From Promethearchaeota archaeon (GTDB lineage Archaea > Asgardarchaeota > Lokiarchaeia > Sigyniarchaeales > SOKP01): DNA of 37,593 nt. The translations under genes and the position numbers were made by a program. How positions within the stretch are numbered: position 1 is the stretch's first letter; each line of letters opens with the position of its first letter. The notes beneath the pieces are model-generated. The model worked only from the letters and a program-made list of their open reading frames with translations. It was not told the DNA's origin and ran no database searches. The stretch spans positions 1 to 37,593 of the forward strand of contig JAHLWP010000039.1 in assembly GCA_019057865.1 (NCBI GenBank). The letters are read 5' to 3'. Positions 36,042 through 37,593 of this stretch are shown here, one piece after another.

Positions 36042-37591
36042 CCGTGTTCGGAGAGCCGACATTATTTTAAATTTAACCAATCACCCCCCGTGATTTTTTC
36101 TCCCTTGTTAGAAATAGCTGCTTCAAGTAATCCTGATTTTGAACTAAACTCCATTTTCTCCTTTTTCTCTCCCGCGTTCCGGCATTTTTGATCAATTTTT
36201 TGTTCATTTTCCACGAATTATAAAGCAGCAGTCTTGCCAGCATGTCAAGATATCGCACGTTATCGTGATTCGATTTCCATCGACGATTGATCCGATTTAA
36301 GTCGCTGAATCCCGTTTCGATCAACCATCGTCGTCGATAAAATAATGAAGTGCGGGACGCCCAAGAACTTGTCTTTCCTTTAGGTTTCTCAGTAGTCATG
36401 ATGGCAAACACCCGCTTCCGGGCATCGTCTAAAGATATTTTCCCCATTCGATAGTCTCGTTTCACGCCCTGAAGAGTGAAACTGCGTTTTGCTTTTATTA
36501 TCAGGTAAACATGTTGAAAAAATCGATGTTTTGCTTCGGTGGCACTTGAGAACGTGTATCTCCGTACCCGATTTCCTTCTCCCTTTATGTAGGCTTCAAT
36601 CATCCCCCGAACCTTTTTATATTCTTTGGTTGGAATTAAGACATTACCATTCTTGGCCTTTATCTCATGTAAGAGCACCGCTCTATAAAACTCTCGATCC
36701 ATTAATACGTAGCTCAACTCAAATCTGAGATCGAGTAGGTGATCAAGGAATTCGAGGATTATGGGTATTTTAGACTGCCCGTTAGCCACGTGCTCCAATC
36801 CCGCATAAAGATGGACATTCTTCGACAAAATCGAGAAACCAAGATAATGCCTCATTTTCTTCGTTCCTTTTTGCCGATTGGTACCCTTTATCATTTTATC
36901 CTCACGCTTACCATAATAGGGGTGTTCCGTGAAGTCAATGAGGATGTTGACCTTTCTCGAGATGAGTCCAAGTTTCAAAGCTTCCGTTAGTTGAAAATCC
37001 AAGCATGTTCGCAAAATATTGCGTGCTTTATTTAATCCAATCCTATGGAGATACTTGTTTACTTCGGTTTGATGCGGAATGACGCGTTTTCTTCTCCCAT
37101 CAGAGAATAATTTGCGTCTTCCTTTTTTATTCTTTAGTAGATACTCGTTGAGCATTTCACTGGTATCATGAATCGATCTACCGATAATTTCGGAGAAGAA
37201 AAACACCTTTAAAAAGTCTTGATCCTCATATCTTGCGTTTTTAGCTCTTTTGAATTTCCACATGCGAGAAACAACTGCATCACAAAACTTTTTAAAAAAT
37301 GCGAGCATATAATGGTTGGAAAGAAGTGATTTAATTCCAGATGTCTTAACTGAATATGGAGATATATTGTTTGCATGCATATATAAATATAATCACTTCT
37401 TTCTAATAAATTTAGCGGTAAATAATTTTATATTTATATTTTATAAATATAATATTTCAAAATATTAATTAAGGTATAGAAATAAATAGAATAAGTCATA
37501 GTTCGTTAGGATTCAGACTTCTAAATCCTTTGATACTGTAATATTTTTAAATATATTTGAGAAAAATTCCTAAATTTTATTTCGAACAAAG
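36042..37591 (-). mobile_element. Insertion sequence, ISH3/IS4-like (boundaries tentative)
   Basis: Contains a single transposase. Composition shifts by eye to higher GC at about 36042. Weak terminal inverted match: CCGTGTTCGGA vs CTTTGTTCGAA (reverse complement of 37581-37591), 8 of 11. Confidence 0.55.
36073..37380 (-). CDS. DDE transposase, ISH3 family (IS4 superfamily)
   Basis: ILIDFTEHPYYG (D1), VLMDREFY (D2), YRRRWLIETGF (YREK-type with E), LLYNSW. Confidence 0.9.
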   Translation of the reverse strand: MHANNISPYSVKTSGIKSLLSNHYMLAFFKKFCDAVVSRMWKFKRAKNARYEDQDFLKVFFFSEIIGRSIHDTSEMLNEYLLKNKKGRRKLFSDGRRKRVIPHQTEVNKYLHRIGLNKARNILRTCLDFQLTEALKLGLISRKVNILIDFTEHPYYGKREDKMIKGTNRQKGTKKMRHYLGFSILSKNVHLYAGLEHVANGQSKIPIILEFLDHLLDLRFELSYVLMDREFYRAVLLHEIKAKNGNVLIPTKEYKKVRGMIEAYIKGEGNRVRRYTFSSATEAKHRFFQHVYLIIKAKRSFTLQGVKRDYRMGKISLDDARKRVFAIMTTEKPKGKTSSWASRTSLFYRRRWLIETGFSDLNRINRRWKSNHDNVRYLDMLARLLLYNSWKMNKKLIKNAGTRERKRRKWSLVQNQDYLKQLFLTREKKSRGVIG

Positions 37592-37593
37592 TC

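Noticed and set aside
1-37593. tRNA, rRNA or CRISPR arrays
   Set aside because: No GC-rich cloverleaf, rRNA-like segment or repeat-spacer periodicity seen by eye; tRNAscan-SE and Infernal were not run.

Overview
An AT-rich chromosomal window, most likely from an Asgard archaeon (Lokiarchaeia-like). This is inferred from the archaeal-type LeuRS, the TATA-like promoters and T-tract terminators, and the eukaryote-like longin and mu-homology proteins; no database was searched. About 32 protein genes are present. Most are metabolic: a degenerate MvhD plus FrhB-family pair, lpdA, glycerate kinase, a CoA-transferase/acyl-CoA ligase/acetoacetyl-CoA synthetase group, ADH-AOR, enoyl-CoA hydratase and thiolase. 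The window also holds leuS, kptA, a vapBC module, a Cys-rich MarR plus arsM, and an ISH3/IS4-type transposase at the right end. No rRNA, tRNA or CRISPR array was seen. Two candidate undescribed systems stand out. (1) Upstream of leuS is an unannotated 28-aa ORF with 10 Leu, preceded by a TATA box and followed immediately by a long hairpin with U-tracts. This is the layout of a leucine-sensing leader-peptide attenuator. (2) A 714-aa protein resembling the adaptor mu-homology domain lies beside a BBS2-like FG-GAP beta-propeller/winged-helix protein and a stand-alone longin, a possible proto-adaptor/coat locus. All family assignments come from recalled motifs compared by eye.
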